The notes below the pieces were generated by a model that saw only the letters and a list, made by a program, of their open reading frames with translations, did not search any database and was not told the DNA's origin. From Syntrophus sp. (in: bacteria) (GTDB taxonomy: Bacteria > Desulfobacterota > Syntrophia > Syntrophales > UBA8958): a stretch of 64,000 nt of DNA. Below are positions 28,047-36,919 of the stretch, in pieces (the first letter of the stretch is position 1; every line of letters begins with the position of its first letter). The stretch spans positions 33,885 to 97,884 of the forward strand of contig JANXZC010000182.1 of NCBI GenBank assembly GCA_025355725.1. The letters run 5' to 3'. A program made the position numbers and the translations under genes.

Positions 28047-28858
28047 GGAAATCCCCCCCCTTGGAAGTCCATCTGCTGCATGTTTTCAAGTGATTTCAAG
28101 AGATTATTTTCATTGTGAGCTTCGATGGTGAAGATGGGGCAAAGACCTTTCTCCCTCAGCATACGGGAAAACTCCCCAAAGGGAAAGCTCCCGTCCCCTA
28201 CCGCGAGATGTTCGTCCGCCTGACCATGATTGTCATGGAGATGTACCTGTCTGAGAAAGGGAGCCATCGTATCAATCCAGTCGGTGAGCGGTTCCCGGGC
28301 AAACACGTTGAAATGCCCTGTATCAAAACAAAATCCGCACTGAGGCGATGAAAGGGATGTCAGGAGCCGGTGCAGTTGGCGCGGGCCTTTCTCATAGACA
28401 TTTTCCAGGACCAACAGTGCCGGGATATCTCCGGCGCGAGACAGGAGGGCGCCCCACGTACGGAGACTGTTTTCCAGCCACTGGTCCTCCGTGGAAACAT
28501 AATACCGGTCGTCGAAGGAGGGGTGGCAAACGATGGAGACGGGCCGAAAATAGTCGGCAAGGGCCAATACCTGCATGATCCGCTCCTCGGAGACGCGGCG
28601 AATTTGCGGATCAATGGCGCCGGGCCGGAGATCCATAAAGGGGGCATGAAAGGTGACCCTCAGGCCGGCGTTCCTGAGTTTGTCGGCAACATGGCGGTAA
28701 TCAGCCTCGCGATAGGTATCCAGGGTATCGCTGTTAAAGCTGATCTCCGGATTCATTCCGTATTGCAGGACCTTGGGAAGATACTGCTTGTAGAGAAAAT
28801 GAAAAGGGATATGGACCTGAACTTTTTTTAATATCGGGAATAATGCAAGCTTTTCCAT
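28040..28858 (-). CDS. Xylose-isomerase-like TIM-barrel protein (sugar phosphate isomerase/epimerase, AP-endonuclease-2 fold)
   Basis: Sequential metal-ligand pattern HAPF...LENV...CFDTGH...HLHDN...H. ATG at 28858 follows a ggaggagg RBS. The stop overlaps the start of the downstream permease. Confidence 0.6.
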   Translation of the reverse strand: MEKLALFPILKKVQVHIPFHFLYKQYLPKVLQYGMNPEISFNSDTLDTYREADYRHVADKLRNAGLRVTFHAPFMDLRPGAIDPQIRRVSEERIMQVLALADYFRPVSIVCHPSFDDRYYVSTEDQWLENSLRTWGALLSRAGDIPALLVLENVYEKGPRQLHRLLTSLSSPQCGFCFDTGHFNVFAREPLTDWIDTMAPFLRQVHLHDNHGQADEHLAVGDGSFPFGEFSRMLREKGLCPIFTIEAHNENNLLKSLENMQQMDFQGGGFPC

Positions 28859-29100
28859 GCCTCCTCCTGCTTGTGTCCTTCGGGTAAGGGCTGTGAAAAG
28901 AACCCTTGAAAGACAGGGGGTTTTTAGCACATGAGACAGGTTTAAGACAATGGAAAAGAATACATTTCATATTGACAATGAATACTTAATCTGTTACTGA
29001 AAACAATAGGTTATTACATTTTATCGAGAAAGGGGGATCTTCAGCCATCTCCGCAAGCATATCCAAAACAGCCAATAGTGAGGCCATCGCCCCACCACCC

Positions 29101-29481
29101 ATGGACGCCAAAGAAAGGGTGTTATGTTGCATAAATGCCGCCCTGACCCGGAAAGCTCATAATCTTGTCGTCATGAAAGTTGCGGAAACATCATCTTTTA
29201 CTGATTATTTTCTCATCTGCAGCGGCTCCTCGGACCGCCAAGTCAAGGCCCTGTGCTCCTCCATCGAGGAAAGCCTGAAAAAGGTCGGCATGGCACCCCT
29301 CGGCATTGAGGGAGAAAAGCACGGGAGGTGGGCTCTCATGGATTACGATGATGTCGTCATCCATGTTTTTTTGGAGCCACTCCGGGAATTTTACGATATC
29401 GAGCGCCTTTGGGCGGACGCCCCCAGGATGCTCATCCCCGATGATACCTCCCTGGTTGAGGAACTTGCCGAGGGTATGTGA
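29101..29481 (+). CDS. rsfS: Ribosome silencing factor RsfS (iojap)
   Basis: FTDYFLICSGSSDRQVKAL...WALMDYDDVVIHVF...REFYDIERLW is the canonical RsfS pattern. Confidence 0.9.
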   Translation: MDAKERVLCCINAALTRKAHNLVVMKVAETSSFTDYFLICSGSSDRQVKALCSSIEESLKKVGMAPLGIEGEKHGRWALMDYDDVVIHVFLEPLREFYDIERLWADAPRMLIPDDTSLVEELAEGM

Positions 29482-29482
29482 T

Positions 29483-30217
29483 GTGTTGAAGGACGTGCTA
29501 CGGGATTTGGCTGATGTACTGTTTCCTCCCCGTTGCCAATCCTGCCGGACGGTTGCAGAAAAACTGGCCAACGATCTTTTCTGCCCGGTCTGCGAAGAAA
29601 AGATTCGATACATTCGCACCCCTCTCTGCCCGGCCTGCGGGACCCCCTTTCCCGATGCCGAAGGATCGAACCATCTGTGCGGAGATTGTCTGATGGCCCC
29701 CAAACCTTTCGCCGTCGCCCGATCCGTCGCCGCCTTCGACGGCATTCTGCTTGAGGCTATCCATGCTTTCAAATACAAAAACAAAACCGGGATGGCAACA
29801 GGCCTGGGAAGGATGATAACTGGTGATTCCTATGCCGGCATGGACATGCGGGGCTACACGATGATCATGCCGGTTCCGCTCCACATCCGGCGCCTGCGGG
29901 AACGGGGATTCAACCAGTCCCTGCTCCTGGCAAAAATACTTTCCCCAAGGTATGCCATCCCCCTTGATTTTGTTACTCTGAAGCGCGAAAGAGACACGCC
30001 GCCCCAGACGACGATGGGACGCAAAGAGCGTCAGGCCAATATCAAAGGGGCCTTCGGCGTTGCCGATAAAGAAAGGGTCAGAAAGCAGCATGTTTTATTG
30101 ATTGATGACGTTTACACGACGGGAAGTACCCTCGCCGAGTGCACCCGGGTGTTGTTGAATAGCGGCGCGGCCCGGGTCGGCGTTTTAACCCTGGCCCGGG
30201 CGGTAAAGGATGCTTAG
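29483..30217 (+). CDS. comF: ComF family protein (phosphoribosyltransferase-like)
   Basis: N-terminal double CxxC (PPRCQSC...CPVC...CPAC...CGDC), RERGFNQS, and the PRTase motif VLLIDDVYTTGST. The GTG/TTG start lies just after the rsfS stop, and the tracked 29306 start overlaps rsfS. Confidence 0.8.
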   Translation: MLKDVLRDLADVLFPPRCQSCRTVAEKLANDLFCPVCEEKIRYIRTPLCPACGTPFPDAEGSNHLCGDCLMAPKPFAVARSVAAFDGILLEAIHAFKYKNKTGMATGLGRMITGDSYAGMDMRGYTMIMPVPLHIRRLRERGFNQSLLLAKILSPRYAIPLDFVTLKRERDTPPQTTMGRKERQANIKGAFGVADKERVRKQHVLLIDDVYTTGSTLAECTRVLLNSGAARVGVLTLARAVKDA

Positions 30218-30341
30218 TTCCCATTCTAAATCAAAGCGCTATCTTCGTTGGCTTCGTCATCGGCTCCCCGACGTATTTCCATATACGCCTCCGTCGCCTC
30301 TTCCTTGCCGCCTTGATTTCATCTTTGATATAGAATGGGAA
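30218..30341 (+). repeat. Copy 3 of the ~125-bp palindromic intergenic element
   Basis: It starts at the nucleotide after the comF TAG stop (TAG|TTCCCATTCTAAATCAAAG). The arms TTCCCATTCTAAATCAAAG / CTTTGATATAGAATGGGAA are complementary at 18 of 19 positions. Confidence 0.85.
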
Positions 30342-30372
30342 AATAAGTCCGCTTATGTGATGGGGGTAAAAA

Positions 30373-30849
30373 ATGAATAAAATCTTTTCCAGAGAGAAGC
30401 TGAAAAAAGAATTAAACGGGTTACGCGAGGCAGGGAAAACCATCGTCTTTACCAACGGTTGTTTCGATATTCTCCACGTCGGCCATGTCCGTTACCTGCG
30501 GGAAGCAAGAAAACTTGGGGATATTCTTGTGCTGGCACTGAACAGCGACGCCTCAGTCCGCGCTATTAAAGGGGAAAAACGTCCTCTGGTACCGGAAGAT
30601 GAGCGGGCGGACATCATGGCTGCTCTGGAATCCATCAATTACGTGATCCTTTTTGATGATCCGACGCCCCAGCAGTTGATTGAATATCTCCAGCCCGACA
30701 TCCTCGTTAAAGGAGGTGACTGGACGGAAGCGGCAATCGCTGGCGCCGATTTTGTGAAGGCTTCGGGGGGCAGGGTCATCACCATCCCCCTTACCGAGGG
30801 TCGCTCGACAACTAACATCGTGGAAAAGATTCGGCAGGTTTATAGTTGA
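30373..30849 (+). CDS. rfaE: D-glycero-beta-D-manno-heptose 1-phosphate adenylyltransferase (RfaE domain II type)
   Basis: FTNGCFDILHVGHVRYL (HxGH cytidylyltransferase fold), ALNSDASV and VKGGDW. Confidence 0.85.
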   Translation: MNKIFSREKLKKELNGLREAGKTIVFTNGCFDILHVGHVRYLREARKLGDILVLALNSDASVRAIKGEKRPLVPEDERADIMAALESINYVILFDDPTPQQLIEYLQPDILVKGGDWTEAAIAGADFVKASGGRVITIPLTEGRSTTNIVEKIRQVYS

Positions 30850-31032
30850 CAGAATGGGAGAGACTCAAAGCTCTTTCAATCCATATGTAGAAATTTATTG
30901 ACATATTTCTCGCAAAAAATTTACTTTGAATCCACCTTTGATCCTTCATTTTTTTCTTTACAAACACCTGCGGATCGTGTATGTCCTGTCACCCAAAAGA
31001 CATGATACAAGTACAAAGTGTAAGGTGGTGAA

Positions 31033-31401
31033 ATGCCCTTGAAGGCCGACAAACTCCAGTTTTTTAGATTCATGTTGAATCAGAAAATAAGCGAATTGCT
31101 GTTGGATGCGGAGAAAACCGTATCGGAGATGACCAACGGCAAGGAGAACTATCCCGATCCCAATGATCGGGCATCCCTGGAATCGGACCGTAATTTCGAA
31201 CTCCGGATCAGGGACCGGGAAAGAAAACTCATCGCCAAGATGCGGGAAGCCATTCAGCGCATTGACGATGGCACCTATGGTATCTGTGCGGCTTGCGGAT
31301 GTGACATTTCTGAAAAAAGGCTGATCGCCAGGCCCGTGACTACCGAGTGCATCGAATGCAAGACCAAACAGGAGAAGCTCGAAAAAATGAAGGGCGAATA
31401 G
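31033..31401 (+). CDS. dksA: DksA/TraR family C4 zinc-finger regulator
   Basis: A coiled-coil with DPNDRAS at its tip, and a CAACGCDI...CIEC zinc finger. Confidence 0.8.
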   Translation: MPLKADKLQFFRFMLNQKISELLLDAEKTVSEMTNGKENYPDPNDRASLESDRNFELRIRDRERKLIAKMREAIQRIDDGTYGICAACGCDISEKRLIARPVTTECIECKTKQEKLEKMKGE

Positions 31402-31548
31402 CCCTCACCCTTCACCCCTCTCTCCATCCTTGCGTCTAAATAATGAAATTCCTGGTATATATTGAGGTAATGTCTATTACAGTGCCGACGGATATCCTTA
31501 TTGCCCCACTCCCAACCTGTCCCTCCCCCTGAGAGGGATTGAGCCGCC

Positions 31549-33756
31549 ATGTTTGTAAAGGTTGCCATCCCTATCCCCAAAGATCAATCCTTTGATTATA
31601 TCGTCCCCACGGAGATGGAGAAGAATGTCGCTATTGGCAAACGGGTGCTTGTCCCTTTTGGCAACAAGCGGGAGACAGGATGTATCGTCGGGATAACAAC
31701 CGCTACGGACATTGAAAATCCCAAAGAGATCATTGAGATCCTGGATCAGGAGCCGCTCTTTGACGACCGTGATCTCGCCTTTTACAGTTGGACGGCTGAT
31801 TATTATCTCTATCCTCTGGGAAAGGTCCTCGGAGAAATCCTGCCCGGGGTAAAGGACCGCCGCACCAGAACGGAAAAGATCGCCGCCGCCAGTTGCAACG
31901 CATCGTCAACCACTGAAAAATTAACGGTAAAACAACGTCTCGTCCTTAAAATCCTTCAGGAGGAGGCCGAAGTATCCGTTGCCGTCCTCTGTCAAAGGTT
32001 GGGAAACGTCCGTTCTACCCTTGCTGCCCTCGAAAAAAAAGGACTCGCCTGTATCACGGAAAAGGGCGTATTCCGCTCTTTTCCGCCCTTTCTCACCGTC
32101 GGGGAACCTTCAGGAAGACCGACCGCTAATTCCTCTCAAGAAGCGGTCTTAAAGGAACTCCACTGTAACCTCCAGTCCGGTCAATTCAGCACCTTTCTTC
32201 TCCACGGCGTAACCGGGAGCGGTAAAACCGAAGTCTATTTCCAGGCTATGGAGGAGGTCCGTCGCCGCCAGGGAGGGATTATCTATCTCGTTCCGGAAAT
32301 TGCCCTGACCCCCCAGCTCCTCACGCGTCTCAAAGAAAGATTCGGGGATGAAAACATTGCCGTCCTCCACAGCGGCGTCTCCCGCGCCATCCGTTATGAA
32401 CAGTGGCAGCGCCTGCGACGAGGCGAAATGCACATGGCTGTGGGGGTGCGCTCTGCCCTCTTTGCGCCGGTCCGGGATCTGAAGTTGATCATTGTCGATG
32501 AGGAACACGACGCTTCTTATAAGCAGGATGACCGGCTGCCATACAGTGCCCGGGATTTGGCGATTGTTAAAGGCCGTCTGCACGGGGCAACGGTTGTCCT
32601 GGGATCGGCGACGCCGGCGGTACAAACCTGTTTCAATGCCCGGAACGGGAAATTCTCCTGCCTGACCATGCCTGGCCGGATCGCCGACAGACCCCTGCCT
32701 CGCGTTGAAATTGTCGATATGAAAATGGAAAAGGCCCTTCAAGGCAAGAATACCTTTACTATCTTTTCCCGGCGCCTCACCGCCGCCATTCGGGAAACCC
32801 TGGACAGGAAGCAGCAGGTCATGCTCCTCCTCAACCGGCGCGGCTATCACACTTTCCAGATCTGCCGGGACTGTGGCCATCCCCTGAAGTGCCGGAATTG
32901 CGAAGTTTCCCTGATTCAACATGCCCAGGAGGGGGTCTGGAAATGCCACTACTGTGATTATACCCTTGCGGGAGGATTGGTTTGTTCCCGGTGCAGCAGC
33001 GCAAATATCGGCGCTTACGGTATGGGAACTGAGCTGTTGGAGGAAGAGATAACAAACCGTTTCCCCGCTGCCCGGATCAGGCGCATGGACAGCGACACCA
33101 TGGACCGGAAAGGGGCTCACGAGCAATTGCTCAACGCCCTCGGTCAGGACCGGATCGATATTCTCGTGGGGACCCAGATGATTTCCAAGGGACATGACTT
33201 TCCAAATGTCACCCTCGTAGGTGTGATCCTGGCGGATACGTCCCTTAGCCTTCCAGATTTCCGCGCTGCGGAGCGAACCTTCCAGCTCCTGACCCAGGTT
33301 TCCGGCCGGGGGGGGCGGGGTGATTTCCCGGGAAAGGTGATCATTCAAACCTTCAATCCCAATCACTATGCCATCCAGAAGGCCAAAGACCATGACTACG
33401 ACGGCTTCTACGAAGAAGAAATCTCCCTGCGTGAATCCTTGTTCTACCCCCCCTTTTCACGACTGATTCATCTGCGCTTGTCGTGCATCCATCAGGCCAA
33501 GGGGGAGGAGGGAATCAACAGGCTCGCGGAAAAGGCACGGGAGCTTCTCAAGCTGGCCAGGGTGAGGGGAAAAGTGGAAATCGTCGGGCCTGCGGAAGCC
33601 CCCCTGTTCCGGCTGCGGGGCCGTTATCGCTGGCAACTGCTCCTGAAAGGGGATGACAGCCGTTTTCTCCACGCCCTGACCCGGGATATCCTGTCGGGCT
33701 TTCACGCCCCGGGTGTGCAGGTCAAGGTAGACGTCGATCCCGTCCACTTCATGTAA
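31549..33756 (+). CDS. priA: Primosomal replication protein N' (PriA helicase)
   Basis: Walker A GVTGSGKTEVY, DEEHD, Cys-rich zinc fingers (CRDCGHPLKCRNC...CHYC...CSRC), and the helicase C-terminal motifs. Confidence 0.95.
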   Translation: MFVKVAIPIPKDQSFDYIVPTEMEKNVAIGKRVLVPFGNKRETGCIVGITTATDIENPKEIIEILDQEPLFDDRDLAFYSWTADYYLYPLGKVLGEILPGVKDRRTRTEKIAAASCNASSTTEKLTVKQRLVLKILQEEAEVSVAVLCQRLGNVRSTLAALEKKGLACITEKGVFRSFPPFLTVGEPSGRPTANSSQEAVLKELHCNLQSGQFSTFLLHGVTGSGKTEVYFQAMEEVRRRQGGIIYLVPEIALTPQLLTRLKERFGDENIAVLHSGVSRAIRYEQWQRLRRGEMHMAVGVRSALFAPVRDLKLIIVDEEHDASYKQDDRLPYSARDLAIVKGRLHGATVVLGSATPAVQTCFNARNGKFSCLTMPGRIADRPLPRVEIVDMKMEKALQGKNTFTIFSRRLTAAIRETLDRKQQVMLLLNRRGYHTFQICRDCGHPLKCRNCEVSLIQHAQEGVWKCHYCDYTLAGGLVCSRCSSANIGAYGMGTELLEEEITNRFPAARIRRMDSDTMDRKGAHEQLLNALGQDRIDILVGTQMISKGHDFPNVTLVGVILADTSLSLPDFRAAERTFQLLTQVSGRGGRGDFPGKVIIQTFNPNHYAIQKAKDHDYDGFYEEEISLRESLFYPPFSRLIHLRLSCIHQAKGEEGINRLAEKARELLKLARVRGKVEIVGPAEAPLFRLRGRYRWQLLLKGDDSRFLHALTRDILSGFHAPGVQVKVDVDPVHFM

Positions 33757-33881
33757 TTCCGGTTCTAAATCAAAGCGCTATCTGCGTTGGCATCGGCAAT
33801 CGGCTCCTCGACGTATGAAAAATACGCCTCCGTCGCCTCTGCCTTGCCGCCTTGATTTCATCTTTGATTTAGAACCAGAAT
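33757..33881 (+). repeat. Copy 4 of the ~125-bp palindromic intergenic element
   Basis: It starts immediately after the priA TAA (TAA|TTCCGGTTCTAAATCAAAG). The arms ATTCCGGTTCTAAATCAAAG / CTTTGATTTAGAACCAGAAT are complementary at 19 of 20 positions. Confidence 0.85.
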
Positions 33882-34032
33882 AACACAAAGGGCTTCGTTA
33901 AAAACCGTCGCTTATGGCCAAATATTTGACTTTTTACGGGTTCAGCAATAGCAGGAGGCAATATTTCTATTTCCTTTTCAGGGAATTTTTGACTATATGA
34001 AGGCAATTATGTGCCGGGGAGGTTTATGCACC

Positions 34033-34971
34033 ATGCCCAAGCCGAGGCTGCTGTTTATGGGGACGCCGGAATTTGCCGTTCCGTCGCTGGAAACGATTAT
34101 TAATGCCGGGTATCCTGTGGTCGGAGTGGCGACCCAGCCGGACAAGCCCAAGGGGCGGGGTCGGCGCCTGCAAGCCTCGCCGGTGAAAGAACTGGCGGAG
34201 GAAAATGGCCTGCTGGTCCTGCAGCCGGAGCGGGTAAGAGACGATGTTTTCCTGCAGATCTTCCGAGGTCTGAATCCCGATCTGGTCGTCGTTGCCGCCT
34301 TCGGCCAGATCCTCCCCGGGGAGATTCTTGAACGTCCGAAACTGGGCTGCATTAACGTCCATCCTTCCCTGCTCCCCAAATACCGGGGTGCGGCGCCCCT
34401 CAACTGGAGCCTTATTCGCGGCGAAAAGACAACCGGAGTAACAATCATGATGATGGACGCCGGCGTCGATACGGGTGACATTATTCTTCAGGAAGAGACA
34501 ACCGTGGAAGAAGGGGAGACCTGTGATTGCCTTCATAACCGCCTGGCCAGGATGGGGGCGGATCTCCTCCTGAAAACAATCCGGCAGATCGAACAGGGAA
34601 CGGCGATCCGGACGCCTCAGGATAATCATCAGGCAACCTATGCCCCCCGGCTGAAGAAAGAAGACGGACGGATCGACTGGTGCAAAGACGCCGTCGATAT
34701 CGTCAATTTTATCCGTGGTTTATCTGCAACCCCCGGTGCGTATACATACCTTGATGGGAAGGTTTTTAAAATCTTTAAGGCGGTCGCGGAACCAGGAGCA
34801 GTCGTAGAGGAGAGAGGCGCAATTGGCCCGTCAACGCAGAGAGGACTCCCCGTTGCCGCAGGAGCGGGCTATGTCTATCTTCAGGATGTTCAGTTGGAGG
34901 GCAAAAACAGGATGGGGATACAAGATTTTTTACGAGGCAATCCTATCAAGTCTCACGCCCGTTTGGGATAA
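34033..34971 (+). CDS. fmt: Methionyl-tRNA formyltransferase
   Basis: LLFMGTPEFAV, HPSLLPKYRGAAPL (SLLP motif) and a C-terminal OB-like domain. Starting at M13 of the tracked ORF gives the typical N-terminus. Confidence 0.93.
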   Translation: MPKPRLLFMGTPEFAVPSLETIINAGYPVVGVATQPDKPKGRGRRLQASPVKELAEENGLLVLQPERVRDDVFLQIFRGLNPDLVVVAAFGQILPGEILERPKLGCINVHPSLLPKYRGAAPLNWSLIRGEKTTGVTIMMMDAGVDTGDIILQEETTVEEGETCDCLHNRLARMGADLLLKTIRQIEQGTAIRTPQDNHQATYAPRLKKEDGRIDWCKDAVDIVNFIRGLSATPGAYTYLDGKVFKIFKAVAEPGAVVEERGAIGPSTQRGLPVAAGAGYVYLQDVQLEGKNRMGIQDFLRGNPIKSHARLG

Positions 34972-34974
34972 AAG

Positions 34975-36360
34975 ATGAAAAAGCAAACCCCTCGTTCTCT
35001 TGCCATTGAGATCCTGAACCGGGTGGAGGATGGCCAGGCCTTTGCCGAGCCACTCCTCGATCAATATCTTGCAACGGATCTTCTTAGCGATATTCGGGAC
35101 AGAGGCCTGCTTACGGAGTTGGTTTATGGAACCCTGAGGATGAGGGGTTTTGTGGACTGGGTCCTCGCCCAGTTTCTGCAAAAAGATCTTACTGCCACCG
35201 ATACGGGCCTGCGGAATATTCTCAGAACGGCACTGTATCAGATTTTTTTTACCGACAAAATTCCTGACCATGCCATCGTCAATGAGGCCGTCGAATTGAC
35301 CAAACTCGCCGATCCCGGAAAGGTTTCCCTCACCAATGCCATCCTCAGAAACGTGCTCCGCCGCAAGGAACAACTGCCTTTCCCGGAGCGCCGCCAAGAC
35401 TTCCGGAACTATATGGTTATCCTCCATTCCCACCCCGCCTGGATGGTCGATAGATGGGTCCGGCAATGGGGAGAGGAAGAGGTACTTTCCCTCTGCGAGG
35501 CCAATAATACCGTTGCCCCCACGGTGTTGCGGGCTAACCGTTTGCAAACGAGCAGGAAAAGGGTTATAGAAGATCTGCATCGGGAAGGCATTATGGTCGA
35601 AAAAACCGCCTATGCTCCCGACGGACTCGTTGTCCGGGAGGCAGGAAAGTCGCTCCGGGACACGGTCGCTTATCGGCAGGGATTATTCCAGGTTCAGGAC
35701 GAGGCATCCCAAATGATCGCCCGGTTGGTGAATCCGGTGGCGGGTGAGACCATTCTGGATCTCTGCACCGGGATGGGAGGAAAGGCCACCCATCTGGCGG
35801 AAATAATGGAGAACCGGGGCAGGATTATCGCCGTCGATCTCCGGAAAGGTAAACTCCGGCAATTGCAAGACCTGGCCAAACGTCTGACCGTCCGGATCAT
35901 CGAACCCGTCGCGGCGGATGCCACGGCCGATCTGGGCAATGTTGATCATGAATCCTGCGACCGGGTCCTCGTCGATGTTCCCTGTTCGGGTCTGGGAACC
36001 CTGCGCAGGTGCCCCGAGATAAAATGGCGGCTGACACCGGAAATCCTTCAGAGTAACACCCGGCTTCAGAAGAAGTTGCTTGACCGGGCCGGAAATTATG
36101 TAAAACCGGGGGGAAGGCTGATCTACAGTACCTGTAGCATCATGCCGGAAGAGAACGAGGAGATCGCCGAAGCATTTCTGGCGACCCATCCGGAATTTCA
36201 CCTGATCTTCCCCACCGGCGTAGAGCCGTCGTTTTTAGATGACCGGGGATACTTCCGGACCTTTCCCCATCGCCATGGAACCGACGGCTTCTTTGGTGCG
36301 GTAATGGAAAAAATGACCAAGTGTGAAAAGAGCGAGGACCCCATCGGTTGGAAGGATTGA
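34975..36360 (+). CDS. rsmB: 16S rRNA (cytosine967-C5)-methyltransferase
   Basis: An N-terminal NusB-like domain, then DLCTGMGGKATH, DVPCSGLGTLRR and YSTCS catalytic motifs. Confidence 0.9.
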   Translation: MKKQTPRSLAIEILNRVEDGQAFAEPLLDQYLATDLLSDIRDRGLLTELVYGTLRMRGFVDWVLAQFLQKDLTATDTGLRNILRTALYQIFFTDKIPDHAIVNEAVELTKLADPGKVSLTNAILRNVLRRKEQLPFPERRQDFRNYMVILHSHPAWMVDRWVRQWGEEEVLSLCEANNTVAPTVLRANRLQTSRKRVIEDLHREGIMVEKTAYAPDGLVVREAGKSLRDTVAYRQGLFQVQDEASQMIARLVNPVAGETILDLCTGMGGKATHLAEIMENRGRIIAVDLRKGKLRQLQDLAKRLTVRIIEPVAADATADLGNVDHESCDRVLVDVPCSGLGTLRRCPEIKWRLTPEILQSNTRLQKKLLDRAGNYVKPGGRLIYSTCSIMPEENEEIAEAFLATHPEFHLIFPTGVEPSFLDDRGYFRTFPHRHGTDGFFGAVMEKMTKCEKSEDPIGWKD

Positions 36361-36362
36361 CC

Positions 36363-36899
36363 ATGAAGAAGAAAATAATCACAATTGCCGGCATGCTGAT
36401 CCTCATCCTGGGGGCAGGGGTGATTTACAGCCTGCCCTACGTGACGATCTACCGGATCATTGTGGCTTTGGAAGCGAGTGATACGCAGCAACTAGCAGAA
36501 CTTGTTGACTTTTCTCAGATTCGGGAGAATATGAAGGGCTTCGTCGGGACAAAGCTTAACGCCGGGCCAACTGATACGAAACCTGACGCTTTGGGGCAAA
36601 TCCAGAAGTCCCTGACCTCACGGGTCGTCGCCGGCGCCGTGGAAAATATGATTACCCCGGAGGGCCTGGCCTCTTTCATGCGACAGAACCTGGAAGCCAT
36701 GGTTGCGGCTCAGGACGGTCCAAACAAGATAAAACCCACAGCCTGGCTACTGTTTGTTACTCTTATCGGACATGCCGATCTCGCCTATGCCTCCCCGTCC
36801 GAGTTCATCGTCGCTTTTAAGCTAAGTGACGTCGGACAGATACGGTTTGTTCTGCGCAGAAATGGCGTGGCATGGCGACTGACAAATATTGAATTTTAA
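36363..36899 (+). CDS. Membrane-anchored hypothetical protein (DUF2939-like)
   Basis: MKKKIITIAGMLILILGAGVIY is an N-terminal anchor. The rest is soluble with no catalytic motif seen, and the family call comes from memory of similar N-termini. Confidence 0.45.
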   Translation: MKKKIITIAGMLILILGAGVIYSLPYVTIYRIIVALEASDTQQLAELVDFSQIRENMKGFVGTKLNAGPTDTKPDALGQIQKSLTSRVVAGAVENMITPEGLASFMRQNLEAMVAAQDGPNKIKPTAWLLFVTLIGHADLAYASPSEFIVAFKLSDVGQIRFVLRRNGVAWRLTNIEF

Positions 36900-36919
36900 A
36901 AATTAGTGAAAGGCAATCC

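Noticed and set aside
32149-33393. 414-aa minus-strand ORF inside priA
   Set aside because: It is antisense to priA, with no recognisable domain and the composition typical of a shadow ORF.
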